A stretch of 64,000 nt of DNA from an uncultured Candidatus Saccharibacteria bacterium (GTDB taxonomy: Bacteria; Patescibacteriota; Minisyncoccia; Minisyncoccales; UBA5738), in NCBI GenBank assembly GCA_964470995.1, contig CAYYEP010000003.1, forward strand, positions 16,682-80,681, in the 5' to 3' direction. Below, piece by piece: positions 28,380-38,259 of this stretch (position 1 is the stretch's first letter; each line of letters begins with the position of its first letter). The notes under the pieces are model-generated. The model did not search any database. It was not told the origin of the DNA and was given only the letters and a program-made list of their open reading frames with translations. Position numbers and translations under genes: made by a program.

Positions 28380-30167
28380 ATGGAACATAGGTTATTTTGC
28401 GGTTTAAGATTTAAAAAAATAGCCCTGATGGCGGGGATTTTTGCTTTAACGCTGGCATTGGCGCCGCTTTTCGCGCGTGCCGATAACTATGGCGCCCAAA
28501 AGACCTTTAATATCGATAAATCCTACGATGCCGCCAGCCGCGCCAAGCTGGCCGCCACTTTGGTTTATTCGGGCAACAAGCTTTATTTTTACGTGGACGA
28601 CTCGTGGTGGAATGGCCTCGGCTCCGGCGAAAAATCGAAATACAACAAATCGTTCGAATCTCTGGATATGGAATTTGCCAAAACCATCTATCCCAGATTA
28701 ACCTCGGTTTATGGCAGTGATGTCAATCCCGACGTAAATCGTGATGGTAAAGTTACAGTGCTGGTGCATCCGATGGTTAAGGATGCCGGCGGGTACATCA
28801 ATACCGGCGATGGCTACAAAAAAGATTTGGTAACCACTTCCAATGAGCGCGAAATGGTCTATATGAACACGCGCTTCATCAATGCATCGCTGGCCAAGGC
28901 CTATCTGGCGCACGAATTCACCCACTTGATCACCTTCAACCAAAAAGACCGTCTGCGCGACGTGACCGAAGATATATGGCTTAACGAAGCGCGCGCCGAA
29001 TATTCGTCTACGCTCTTAGGCTATGATGCCGTTTATTCGGGTAGCAATTTCGAGCAGCGGGTTAAATCATTTTCTGCCGATTCTTCCAAAAGCCTGGTGG
29101 AATGGCTCAATAAGTCATCCAATTATGGCGCGGCGCATCTGTTTGTTCAATATATCGTTGATCAGTACGGAACCGGTATTCTGACCGATTCAATGCAAAC
29201 CGATAAAATCGGCATCGCCGCCATCAATTACGCTTTGGGTAAAAACGGCAAGAATATCGATTTCAAACAGATTTTCCGCAACTGGGTTGTGGCGCTCACC
29301 GCCAACGATTGCGGCCTTGGGCCGCAATATTGCTACAAATACCCGGCTTTGGCCAATTTTAAGGTTGCGCCTAAGATAAATTACCTGCCTACTTCGGAAC
29401 AAGCATCGCTTTCGGTTATGTATAATACTTCCTATTTTGCCGGCAACTGGCAAAAGATCGTGGGCGGGGGAGGCGATTTGACGCTGGATATCACCGCTAA
29501 CTCTTCGTCGAAATTCATTATTCCGTACCTTTTATGCTACGCCGTGGGTGGGGAATGTATCGTTGAGGATTTAAAATTGGATAGCAACGGTAAGGCGACC
29601 TTGAAACTGCCTCAATTTGGCACGCAATACGCCTCGCTGACCCTAATGCCCTTCGCAACGGGGAAAGCCGCGGGTTTCAACAATATGACCGCCAGCTCGG
29701 TTTCCTACAGCTTTAAGATCGCGGTAGCGGCTCCGGCGGCTGGTACTGCCTCCGGCGATGACCCGGAACTTATTCAAAGGCTTGCCGAGCAGATAGAATA
29801 TCTTAAAAGCGAAATCATTCGCTTGCAGACCCTGCTGGCATCCAGATTGAACCAATCCCAGGCGGTCGCGGGCACCGCCAAAGCTGTCGGCGCCTATTCT
29901 TGCTCGGCAATCACTGCCGATTTGTATTACGGCGTCGAAAATTACAACCAAGTTAGATGTCTGCAGGAATTTCTGGCCGCCCAAGAGGGGCAAATCTATC
30001 CGCAGGGAACAGTGACCGGCAGTTTTTCTTCCTACACCCGCACCGCAGTCGCCCGCTTCCAGGAAAAATATGCCTCGCAGATCCTTACGCCGCTCGGCCT
30101 GGCTAATGGTACCGGCTACGTCGGCGCCTCGACCCGCAGGGTCATTAATCAGTTGATTCAGGCTTGA
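28380..30167 (+). CDS. secreted putative zinc metallopeptidase (HEXXH) with C-terminal peptidoglycan-binding-like domain
   Basis: Signal peptide (MEHRLFCGLRFKKIALMAGIFALTLALAPLFA). LAHEFTHLITF HEXXH motif with a downstream NEARAEY. C-terminal domain CLQEFLAAQ...ARFQEKYASQILTPLGLANGTGYVGASTRRVINQLI is homologous to the PG-binding domain of 20382-22406. Confidence 0.45.
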   Translation: MEHRLFCGLRFKKIALMAGIFALTLALAPLFARADNYGAQKTFNIDKSYDAASRAKLAATLVYSGNKLYFYVDDSWWNGLGSGEKSKYNKSFESLDMEFAKTIYPRLTSVYGSDVNPDVNRDGKVTVLVHPMVKDAGGYINTGDGYKKDLVTTSNEREMVYMNTRFINASLAKAYLAHEFTHLITFNQKDRLRDVTEDIWLNEARAEYSSTLLGYDAVYSGSNFEQRVKSFSADSSKSLVEWLNKSSNYGAAHLFVQYIVDQYGTGILTDSMQTDKIGIAAINYALGKNGKNIDFKQIFRNWVVALTANDCGLGPQYCYKYPALANFKVAPKINYLPTSEQASLSVMYNTSYFAGNWQKIVGGGGDLTLDITANSSSKFIIPYLLCYAVGGECIVEDLKLDSNGKATLKLPQFGTQYASLTLMPFATGKAAGFNNMTASSVSYSFKIAVAAPAAGTASGDDPELIQRLAEQIEYLKSEIIRLQTLLASRLNQSQAVAGTAKAVGAYSCSAITADLYYGVENYNQVRCLQEFLAAQEGQIYPQGTVTGSFSSYTRTAVARFQEKYASQILTPLGLANGTGYVGASTRRVINQLIQA

Positions 30168-30215
30168 AATCTGGTGAAAATATTGTAATCTGACTGATTA
30201 ACCAAACATTACATT

Positions 30216-31229
30216 ATGGCAAATAAAAAAGTGCTTGTAACGGGAGGGGCTGGTTATGTTGGAAATGTAGTTGTTAGAGATTTATTATCGCATGGTTACG
30301 ATGTACGAGTTCTCGATAACCTGATTTTCACAGACGCTTCGCTGCGAGATTTGCGCAATCAGATCGATTTACGCTGGGACGACGTGCGCAAGGTTGGACC
30401 GGAGATTATGGATGGCATTTGGGGCGTTATACATCTGGCCGGAATTTCAACTGAACCAACATCCCAATATAACCCGCGGTTTACCGACCTCTTAAATCAC
30501 ATTGCCACTGAAAAGATTGCTGTATTGGCCAAAACCGCAGGCGTTAAACATTTTGTTTTCGCCTCCTCTTGCTCGGTTTATTTTACCTATGACACGACGC
30601 TGGAGCCTAATAATTATACCGAAGCAAATGCAGTCAATCCGATTTCTCCATATTCTTTGTCTAAAAGAGCTGCCGAGCAGGCAATTCTGGAACTGGCTGA
30701 TGAAAATTTTCAACCGGTAATCTTCCGTAAGGGCACAATCTATGGATTGTCGCCGCGTATGCGTTACGACTTGGTAGTAAACTCGTTCACCAAGGATGCG
30801 TTTTCCAAGCGCCGTCTTACGGTTAATTCCGGGGGGCGGCTATGGCGGCCCTTAGCGGATATCCGTGATGTTTCGGCGGCTTATGTTAAGGCATTGGAAC
30901 TGCCGTTGGAATCTATAGGTGGGAAAATCTTCAATATTTGCAATGAAAATTGGAATATCGGAGAATTGGCCAAAAGAATGCAAGCAGTTATTAAAGAAAA
31001 GAAAAATATAGATATCGATATCGATACACAGGAAATTGGTATTACGCGGAACTATAAGGCCGACAATACGTTATTTGTAAAAAAATTCAATTACAAACCG
31101 GTGCGCACTATGGAAGACGCAGTTATGGAAATATGGGATAATTTGGAAAAAAATCCGCAAGACGCGGTAAATCCGCTATTTTACAACGACAAATGGCAAA
31201 TTCATCTGTTGGAGAGGAAGCAGATGTAA
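30216..31229 (+). CDS. NAD-dependent sugar epimerase/dehydratase (extended SDR)
   Basis: VLVTGGAGYVGNVV Rossmann motif. YSLSK catalytic YxxxK. Confidence 0.7.
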   Translation: MANKKVLVTGGAGYVGNVVVRDLLSHGYDVRVLDNLIFTDASLRDLRNQIDLRWDDVRKVGPEIMDGIWGVIHLAGISTEPTSQYNPRFTDLLNHIATEKIAVLAKTAGVKHFVFASSCSVYFTYDTTLEPNNYTEANAVNPISPYSLSKRAAEQAILELADENFQPVIFRKGTIYGLSPRMRYDLVVNSFTKDAFSKRRLTVNSGGRLWRPLADIRDVSAAYVKALELPLESIGGKIFNICNENWNIGELAKRMQAVIKEKKNIDIDIDTQEIGITRNYKADNTLFVKKFNYKPVRTMEDAVMEIWDNLEKNPQDAVNPLFYNDKWQIHLLERKQM

Positions 31230-31237
31230 TAGAAACG

Positions 31238-32593
31238 ATGATAAACAAAAAAATACTTATTGTTGGCGCTGATGGGCAACTTGGTTCAGATCTGGTTAAA
31301 TCATTAATTTGCAGCGAACTCCTGAAACCCTCATTAGAGGAGTTTGATGTCGCGAATTTTAGACAAGTAGCAGATTATATTAAAAACAATAAGCCAGATA
31401 TTGTGATTAATACCGCAGCATTTCACCAAGTTGATGACTGCGAAAAAAACCCTGCCAGAAGTTTTTTGCTTAATACTGATGCGGTTAAAAATTTAGTAAT
31501 TGTATGCAAGGAAACCGGAGTTACTTTGGTGCACATTAGTACCGATTATGTTTTTGGTTTGGATGAAAAAAGAAATAAACCCTACTCCGAGGATGATATT
31601 CCCGAACCGGTGAATGTTTACGGTGTTTCCAAGTTAGCCGGTGAGAATTTTATTCGTTACGGTATGGAGAAATATTTCATTATCCGTCCAGCTGGGCTTT
31701 TTGGGGTCGCGGGAGCCAAAGGCAAGGGGGGGAATTTTGTTGAAACGATGCTAAGGTTAGGCCGTGAGAAAGGCCTGGTCAAAGTTAAGAATGATGAATT
31801 TACTACGCCTACTTCAACCCGGGAGTTGGCCGAAAATATCGCTGCCTTAATAAAAACCGATAAATATGGCTTGTTCCATATGACTTCGCAGGGCCAATGT
31901 TCATGGTTTGATTTTGCAAAAAAGATATTCGAGCTGACAAACGAAAAAGTTGAATGTTTACCGATAAGCTCCTTGGAATTGCCCACATTAGCTCGTCGGC
32001 CAAAATATTCCGTGCTAGAAAACAAGCGCCTAAAGGAAATAGGCTTGGATTTAATGAGCGATTGGGAGACGGCTCTAAAGAAATATCTAGAAGATAAAGG
32101 TTATATAAGTAAAACTAACAATAATAATATGGCAGAAACAAAAAAAACAAAGATTGACGGTTTGGATGTTGCGAGTTTAAATGTTAATTTTGATGATCGC
32201 GGTTATCTTTTTGAAATTGTACATAATTATGATATACCCAAGTTTGGCCAAGTTTACATCGTTGGTGATCCTGTGCGCGGATTGATTCGCGCGTTTCACA
32301 AGCACGATGTATTATGGGATTACTTTTGTATTGTAAAGGGTTCAGCCAAATTCGTATTTTCCGATGACCGCAAGGACAGCAAGACTTACAAACAAATCGA
32401 AACGCTCGTGATTTCCGAAAAAACACCTAAAATGATTATAGTGCCGCCGGGGGTTTATCATGGTTGGATGTCGTTAGAGGATGATACTATTATGGTTTCG
32501 ACCGGGTCGGAAGTATACAACAAAGAAAAACCAGACGAGTACCGGATTTCGCCCGATACATTCGGTGATGTTTGGACTATCAAGGGAAAGTAG
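31238..32593 (+). CDS. fusion protein: dTDP-4-dehydrorhamnose reductase-like (RmlD) N-terminus plus dTDP-sugar 3,5-epimerase-like cupin (RmlC) C-terminus
   Basis: N-terminus KILIVGADGQLGSDLV...NTAAFHQVDDCEKNP...YGVSK (RmlD-like). C-terminus FGQVYIVGDPVRGLIRAFHKHDVLWDYFCIVKGSAKFVF (RmlC-like cupin). Confidence 0.55.
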   Translation: MINKKILIVGADGQLGSDLVKSLICSELLKPSLEEFDVANFRQVADYIKNNKPDIVINTAAFHQVDDCEKNPARSFLLNTDAVKNLVIVCKETGVTLVHISTDYVFGLDEKRNKPYSEDDIPEPVNVYGVSKLAGENFIRYGMEKYFIIRPAGLFGVAGAKGKGGNFVETMLRLGREKGLVKVKNDEFTTPTSTRELAENIAALIKTDKYGLFHMTSQGQCSWFDFAKKIFELTNEKVECLPISSLELPTLARRPKYSVLENKRLKEIGLDLMSDWETALKKYLEDKGYISKTNNNNMAETKKTKIDGLDVASLNVNFDDRGYLFEIVHNYDIPKFGQVYIVGDPVRGLIRAFHKHDVLWDYFCIVKGSAKFVFSDDRKDSKTYKQIETLVISEKTPKMIIVPPGVYHGWMSLEDDTIMVSTGSEVYNKEKPDEYRISPDTFGDVWTIKGK

Positions 32594-32914
32594 TAAAATT
32601 TGTCAAAATCTAAACGGCGAAATTGCTTAGCGTCATCCTTCCGTTTAAACGAATAATCGACCCCAGAAATTAACGCGGCCAAGCTCAAGTCGGGTTGCTT
32701 TCACGGCGGTTATTGCCGCAACAGAATGATAGAATGGTTTTTTGCGTTTGGCGACGCGACGGAAATAGTTTTGAAAGACATAAAAACCAAATAAGGGTGG
32801 GTGATTCTCGTTTCGCCGGAAAAACCCGCAAAGAATAACGATTTATCCCGGCATCGCGGGCACCGTTATTAATGAGTAAGCCCCAAACGAGTACTTGTTT
32901 TCGGGAGTAAATGT

Positions 32915-34246
32915 ATGAAAGCTATTATCAAAAAAGAGCATCTGGCGCCAAAATTTTGGACGGGTATGTTCTTTGGCAGCCCGACAAGGAAAAGGCTTTC
33001 GGGGAATTTTTTTTCACTCTCAATCCTGCAGGCGGCTAATTATATATTGCCGCTGTTAACGTTGCCTTATTTGGTTAGGGTTTTAGGGCCGTCAAATTAC
33101 GGTCTTGTTGCTTTTATTCAGGCATTTATCAATTATTTCCTGATATTCACGGATTATGGGTTCAATCTTTCGGCAACTAGGGCGATTTCAGTGGAAAGAA
33201 ACAATAAAATCAGGGTATCGGAAATTTTTTCATCGGTCATTGTGATTAAATCTTTGTTTTGCCTCATCAGTTTCGCCGTTCTCATTTTATTGTTGTTTTT
33301 AGTGCCAAGGTTCCATGACGACTGGATTGTCTATATCTATGCGTTCGGAACGGTTGTGGGCAGCGTGATGTTTCCGGTTTGGTTTTTCCAGGGGATGGAA
33401 AAAATGAAATATATCACATTGATCAATGTTGTCTCAAAACTGATTTTTACGGTTTGCGTATTTGTTGTTGTCACAAATGCCAATGATTATCCTCTCGTTC
33501 CGCTAATAAACTCGCTAGGCTATCTGGTTGCCGGTATCATTAGCGTAGTGTTAGTATTCCGGAATTTTGGTGTGAAATTCAAGCTGCCAAGCATTAATGC
33601 TCTCAGATATCAAATAAAAGACAGCTGGTATTTTTTCGCGTCTAATGTTTCGATTAGCCTTGTTTCCGGAAGCAATGCTTTTCTTCTGGGTTTGTTCTCT
33701 CCCGATGTGTTTGTCGGTTATTACAGTGCCGCGGAAAAAGTGGTCAAGGGATTGCTGTGTTTTGTCTCTCCGATAAGCGGCACATTGTTCCCTTTTATCA
33801 GTCAATTGGTAAAAAAGTCAAAGAAAGAATCAATAGATCTGTTAAAAAAAATCCTGCGGTTCAATATGGTGCTGGGCGGAGCAATTTCTTTGGCGCTGTT
33901 TGTCTTTTGCCCTCTTATCGTTAATATTGTTTTCGGATCGGAATTTTCCGGGTCGATTATAGTTCTTAAAATATTGTCGGCGATTATTTTTTTGCTGGTT
34001 ACCAACGATATCGCCGGAATGCAGACAATGATACCCTTCGGTTACGAAAAATCCTTTTCAAATATCATCTTAATGGGTAGTATTATAAATATTCTATTGG
34101 TCGTGGCGTTGTCTCCGATTTTTAACCACGTCGGAGCGGCTATAGGCTGGTTGGTAAGTGAAATAGCAATTACCGCTTCCATGTTTGTTTTTTTGAAGAA
34201 AAAGGGTATAGATTACTTGTCTTTTAATTTTACTAAAAAACTATGA
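32915..34246 (+). CDS. polysaccharide flippase (Wzx/MOP superfamily)
   Basis: About 12-14 TM protein with flippase-like spacing. Stop overlaps the next start (ATGA). Confidence 0.55.
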   Translation: MKAIIKKEHLAPKFWTGMFFGSPTRKRLSGNFFSLSILQAANYILPLLTLPYLVRVLGPSNYGLVAFIQAFINYFLIFTDYGFNLSATRAISVERNNKIRVSEIFSSVIVIKSLFCLISFAVLILLLFLVPRFHDDWIVYIYAFGTVVGSVMFPVWFFQGMEKMKYITLINVVSKLIFTVCVFVVVTNANDYPLVPLINSLGYLVAGIISVVLVFRNFGVKFKLPSINALRYQIKDSWYFFASNVSISLVSGSNAFLLGLFSPDVFVGYYSAAEKVVKGLLCFVSPISGTLFPFISQLVKKSKKESIDLLKKILRFNMVLGGAISLALFVFCPLIVNIVFGSEFSGSIIVLKILSAIIFLLVTNDIAGMQTMIPFGYEKSFSNIILMGSIINILLVVALSPIFNHVGAAIGWLVSEIAITASMFVFLKKKGIDYLSFNFTKKL

Positions 34247-35349
34247 GGATCGTTTTTGATCTTGACGGTGTAATTTGTCCGTTAAAGGAGCCGGACCAAA
34301 AGTATGCGGACTTGGCACCGAACCCAGGTGTCGTAAAGATAATAAGGGACCTAAAAGTTGGCGGCCATTACATTATTATCAACACGGCGCGGCATATGAG
34401 GACTTGCGGCGGCGACGTGGAGAAAGTTATTGCAAAGATAGGGGGCGCAACAACAGAATGGCTTAAACGGCACGATGTGCCGTTTGATGAATTGCTTTTT
34501 GGCAAACCTTATGCGGACATATACATTGACGATATGAACGTTGTTTATTCTACGCCGGAAAGATTAAAAAACGATATAAGATCGCTGATGCCTAATTTTG
34601 TGATCCCAATGGCGGGGAAGGGAGAAAGATTTGCGAAGGCTGGATACAAAACCCCGAAATATATGGTTAAAGCCGGGCCGGAAAGCTTGTTTGAATGGGC
34701 GTTAAAAGGCATACCCTTGGACCTTGCGAATAAATTGGTGTTTATATGTCTGCAAGAGCACGAGGCGAAATACGGCGTGTCCAAATTTATAAAAAAAGCG
34801 ATAAGCACCCATTATCATTTCTTAAATGATAAATACGAGATTATTTTCATTAAAAAATTGACTCGGGGACAGGCGGAAACCGTCTTGGCGGCAAAAAAAC
34901 ATATCAACAATTCCACCCCGTTGGTGATTTATAATATAGATAGCTATTTTCGTTCATCGAGATTGAGGCAGCGGTTGATAAGCGCGAGAAATCAGAAAAT
35001 TGACGGGATATGGGGGGGATTTAACGGCAGCGATCCAAAATTGAGTTTTGCGAAAATAAACAAAAAGGGGTTTGTAACCCGTACAGCCGAAAAAAAGCCG
35101 ATCTCCAATATCGCTTCAACCGGACTGTACATTTTTACTGAAGGAAAAGATTTTGTTGGTGCGGCCGAATACGCGATAAAAAATAACATAAAAACTAACG
35201 GCGAATTCTATATTGCGCCTCTTTATAATATCCTTATAAAGCAAAAGAAAAAATATATTATTGATACCGCCGAAGAGTTCTGGTCTTTAGGGACTCCGGA
35301 AGATATGGATTGCTTCGCTAAAAATTATTTGAAAGAGGGCGAAAAATAA
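34243..35349 (+). CDS. bifunctional HAD-like phosphatase / sugar-phosphate nucleotidyltransferase
   Basis: N-terminal HAD motif I (RIVFDLDGVICP). C-terminal FVIPMAGKGERFAKAGYKTPKYMV nucleotidyltransferase glycine loop. Confidence 0.45.
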   Translation: MRIVFDLDGVICPLKEPDQKYADLAPNPGVVKIIRDLKVGGHYIIINTARHMRTCGGDVEKVIAKIGGATTEWLKRHDVPFDELLFGKPYADIYIDDMNVVYSTPERLKNDIRSLMPNFVIPMAGKGERFAKAGYKTPKYMVKAGPESLFEWALKGIPLDLANKLVFICLQEHEAKYGVSKFIKKAISTHYHFLNDKYEIIFIKKLTRGQAETVLAAKKHINNSTPLVIYNIDSYFRSSRLRQRLISARNQKIDGIWGGFNGSDPKLSFAKINKKGFVTRTAEKKPISNIASTGLYIFTEGKDFVGAAEYAIKNNIKTNGEFYIAPLYNILIKQKKKYIIDTAEEFWSLGTPEDMDCFAKNYLKEGEK

Positions 35350-35399
35350 CCGGCCGGCGCCGGTTGCAAATATCGAGCTAACTGGCCGCCGATATCCTT

Positions 35400-37058
35400 A
35401 TGCAAAAAGATACAACAATAATGATTCTGACGGGCAGCAAAATTTCCAGTGAATTGGCTTCCGTCTTTGGCGAATTGCCGTCCGCCCTGGTGCCGGTCAA
35501 TAACCGGCCGGCTATTTTTTGGACTCTTGAAAGATTTATCAACGACGGTTTTGATAAATTCGTTATCTGTGTCGGTTATAAAAAGGAAAAAATAGAATAC
35601 TTTGTTAAGAGTAATTTTGGGAAAAGGGCAACCATCGAATTCGTTGATGTTGACCAAACAAAAAAACCGGGTAATTCATTTATTAAAGGCCTTGAATCTG
35701 TGGATTCGGGGAGGCTATTGGTCACGCTGGGTGATACGCTTATTTACGATAAATTAAATTTAAAATATTGCAATGATTCTATCCTTGTCTCCGGGGATTT
35801 TAAGCGGGAAGAATCTTATCGGTGGGCGCTAGCCCACGAAGAAGGAGGGTTTCTGAAAAATATTTTCGATAAAGTAAAAGTTATTGATCCGAAAATAAAC
35901 GGTAAAAATTTAAGTTTGATTATTGGCGTGTATTTTTTTACCGATACCTTGTTGCTCAAGAAAATTGCCCGGAAAATTTCCGAAAAGAATAATATTGAAA
36001 TCAGCGAGATATTGGATAAATATAATGACAGAAAACCGATAAAATTGATTGATTACAAGCACTGGTTTGATTTCGGCCATTTGGATAAATATTATCCGTC
36101 TGCGAAGAAATTCATCCAGTATCAATCGCGGTATTTCAATTTTTTGGAATACGACGATGTTTTAAACATAATCACTAAAAAAAGTAAGGACAAAACAAAA
36201 TTCAACAACGAAATAAAATGGTATCTTTCTCTTCCGCAAGATCTGCAGGTTTTGGCGCCGCGGGTAATCGATTTCGCGGTGGGCGATAAACCTTTCCTGA
36301 CCCTGGAGTATTACGGCTATCCCACTTTGTCGGAGCTTTATGTTTTTGGAGATTTGCATGATTTTGTTTGGCAAAACATTATCGAACGGGTCATGATTAT
36401 CATGAAACTCTTTCATCGGAAGAAAGGATATGTTTCCCAAGATGAATATTTCGATATTTATTGGGGAAAATTGGAAAGCAGAATCATCGGCTTGGTCGAA
36501 ATGAATCCCAAATTCAAGGAAATTTTCCGATACGAAACGGTAATTATCAATAAAAAAGAATACATAAACTTCGACGGCCTCAAGGAAAAAATAATTTCCA
36601 GGATAAAGGGCCTGTATTCAAAAGATGACAATTGCCTTATCCATGGGGACTTTTGCTTTTCCAATATCCTTTACGATACCAAAAATGGGATTGTAAGAAT
36701 TATCGATCCCCGGGGCGTATGGGGAAATAGCTGCTTTGGCGATATAAAATATGACGTGGCGAAACTAAGGCATTCCATCACTGGCCAATATGATTTCATC
36801 ACCAATAATTTGTTTAATGCCCGATTGGAAGGAAATAGTATAGATTACCAAATTTTTGACCAGGAAAAACACCTTTTTTTGTCCAAATATTTCGATTCAA
36901 AAATCGGCAAGTATTGGGACCCGGAACAGATCAAATTCATAGAGGGTCTGCTTTTTCTCTCTATGCTTCCCATACATAATGATTATTTCGAACGCCAGTT
37001 GGTGATGTATTCGATCGGGATGCAGAGGTTGAACGAGGCAATAAATAAGAGCAGGTGA
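35400..37058 (+). CDS. bifunctional nucleotidyltransferase / APH-fold small-molecule kinase (LicC-LicA-like or MurU-AmgK-like)
   Basis: N-terminal NTP-transferase fold (LPSALVPVNNRPAIFWTLERF...FVICVGY). C-terminal APH/choline-kinase Brenner motif (LIHGDFCFSNILYD...IIDPRG). Confidence 0.5.
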   Translation: MQKDTTIMILTGSKISSELASVFGELPSALVPVNNRPAIFWTLERFINDGFDKFVICVGYKKEKIEYFVKSNFGKRATIEFVDVDQTKKPGNSFIKGLESVDSGRLLVTLGDTLIYDKLNLKYCNDSILVSGDFKREESYRWALAHEEGGFLKNIFDKVKVIDPKINGKNLSLIIGVYFFTDTLLLKKIARKISEKNNIEISEILDKYNDRKPIKLIDYKHWFDFGHLDKYYPSAKKFIQYQSRYFNFLEYDDVLNIITKKSKDKTKFNNEIKWYLSLPQDLQVLAPRVIDFAVGDKPFLTLEYYGYPTLSELYVFGDLHDFVWQNIIERVMIIMKLFHRKKGYVSQDEYFDIYWGKLESRIIGLVEMNPKFKEIFRYETVIINKKEYINFDGLKEKIISRIKGLYSKDDNCLIHGDFCFSNILYDTKNGIVRIIDPRGVWGNSCFGDIKYDVAKLRHSITGQYDFITNNLFNARLEGNSIDYQIFDQEKHLFLSKYFDSKIGKYWDPEQIKFIEGLLFLSMLPIHNDYFERQLVMYSIGMQRLNEAINKSR

Positions 37059-38143
37059 ATATGAGAAACATAGTTCTGACAATTGCCATTCCCAATTATA
37101 ATGGAGCGGAAAACATTATAAGGGCCATTACGTCATGCCAGCACGTTGGTTTAGGGACTGATGAATTCGAGATTCTGGTGGTGGACAATGCGTCCGAAGA
37201 TAAATCGGTAGATATAGTGGAATCTTTAGAAAAGAAATTTAACAATATAAAATTGGTCGTTAATAAGGCGAATATCGGAAGGATAGGCAACTGGAACCGG
37301 TGTTTGGATTTGGCGCGGGGGGAATATATAATGTTCTTGTTTCCCACGGAAGAGATTTTCAAGACGAACAATATTGCCGCGTCTATTGATAAAATGCGGG
37401 AAACGGGGATCATTCTTGCTAAATCGGATGTTGTTTGCCGTGGTGGGTTGGGCTATGCCTGTATTAAGGGAAAAAGGGCAGGCTTCAAGAGGAAAAATTT
37501 TAAACACACATTGAGGAATGCGATGATTTTATCAGGATCTTTGCCGTTCGGGCCATTGCAATCTTTTATTATTAAGCTTGGTTTTATTAAAGAAAATAAT
37601 ATTAGATTCGACAAAAAGTATAATATTGTCGGCGATCAGGACTTCATAATTGGCATAGGCGATAAAAACGCCGCAAACGCGGGAGGAGCCGACTATTTGT
37701 TGACCGAAAACACAAACATTATTTTTGACGATAATTTCGGAAATAGAACGCACAACCGGCTGTCGATATATTCAAGATTAAATGAAAGCCTGGATTTGAT
37801 CGTCGAAAGGGGATACTATCGCTTTATTGGTTTTGGTTTCGACGATATTGTGTGTTTTGTCTTGGCGCAGTTGCGTTTGGTGGACAAAATTTTCGGAAAC
37901 AGGAGAGAGCGTTGCGGAACGGAAATATATGAAAAAGATAAGACAAATTTTTATAAAAAATATCATCACGGCGGAAACAGGGTATTATTGGTGTTCCTTC
38001 TGACAAGCTGGGTTAAAATTCTGATGAAAATCGTTAATGTTGCGAAAAACTTAACGAAATTTGACATCGTATGCATAATGGGGGAATTAGCGGCTGATTT
38101 AAGCGCGCGCCGCAAAACAAAAAAAGATCGTTCTGTCGGATAA
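37055..38143 (+). CDS. glycosyltransferase family 2
   Basis: IPNYNGAENIIRAITSC...VVDNASEDKS. Start overlaps the upstream stop. Confidence 0.6.
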   Translation: MNMRNIVLTIAIPNYNGAENIIRAITSCQHVGLGTDEFEILVVDNASEDKSVDIVESLEKKFNNIKLVVNKANIGRIGNWNRCLDLARGEYIMFLFPTEEIFKTNNIAASIDKMRETGIILAKSDVVCRGGLGYACIKGKRAGFKRKNFKHTLRNAMILSGSLPFGPLQSFIIKLGFIKENNIRFDKKYNIVGDQDFIIGIGDKNAANAGGADYLLTENTNIIFDDNFGNRTHNRLSIYSRLNESLDLIVERGYYRFIGFGFDDIVCFVLAQLRLVDKIFGNRRERCGTEIYEKDKTNFYKKYHHGGNRVLLVFLLTSWVKILMKIVNVAKNLTKFDIVCIMGELAADLSARRKTKKDRSVG

Positions 38144-38259
38144 CGTGTTTGTTCAAGCCGGCCAGCGTGTTTATCCGAATCGGCGCGAAAGACGGGAGTG
38201 GCGCTGGTATTTGACGGTCAGCAGCTATTTGTCGGATAACGAGAGAATTAATTTCTAAA

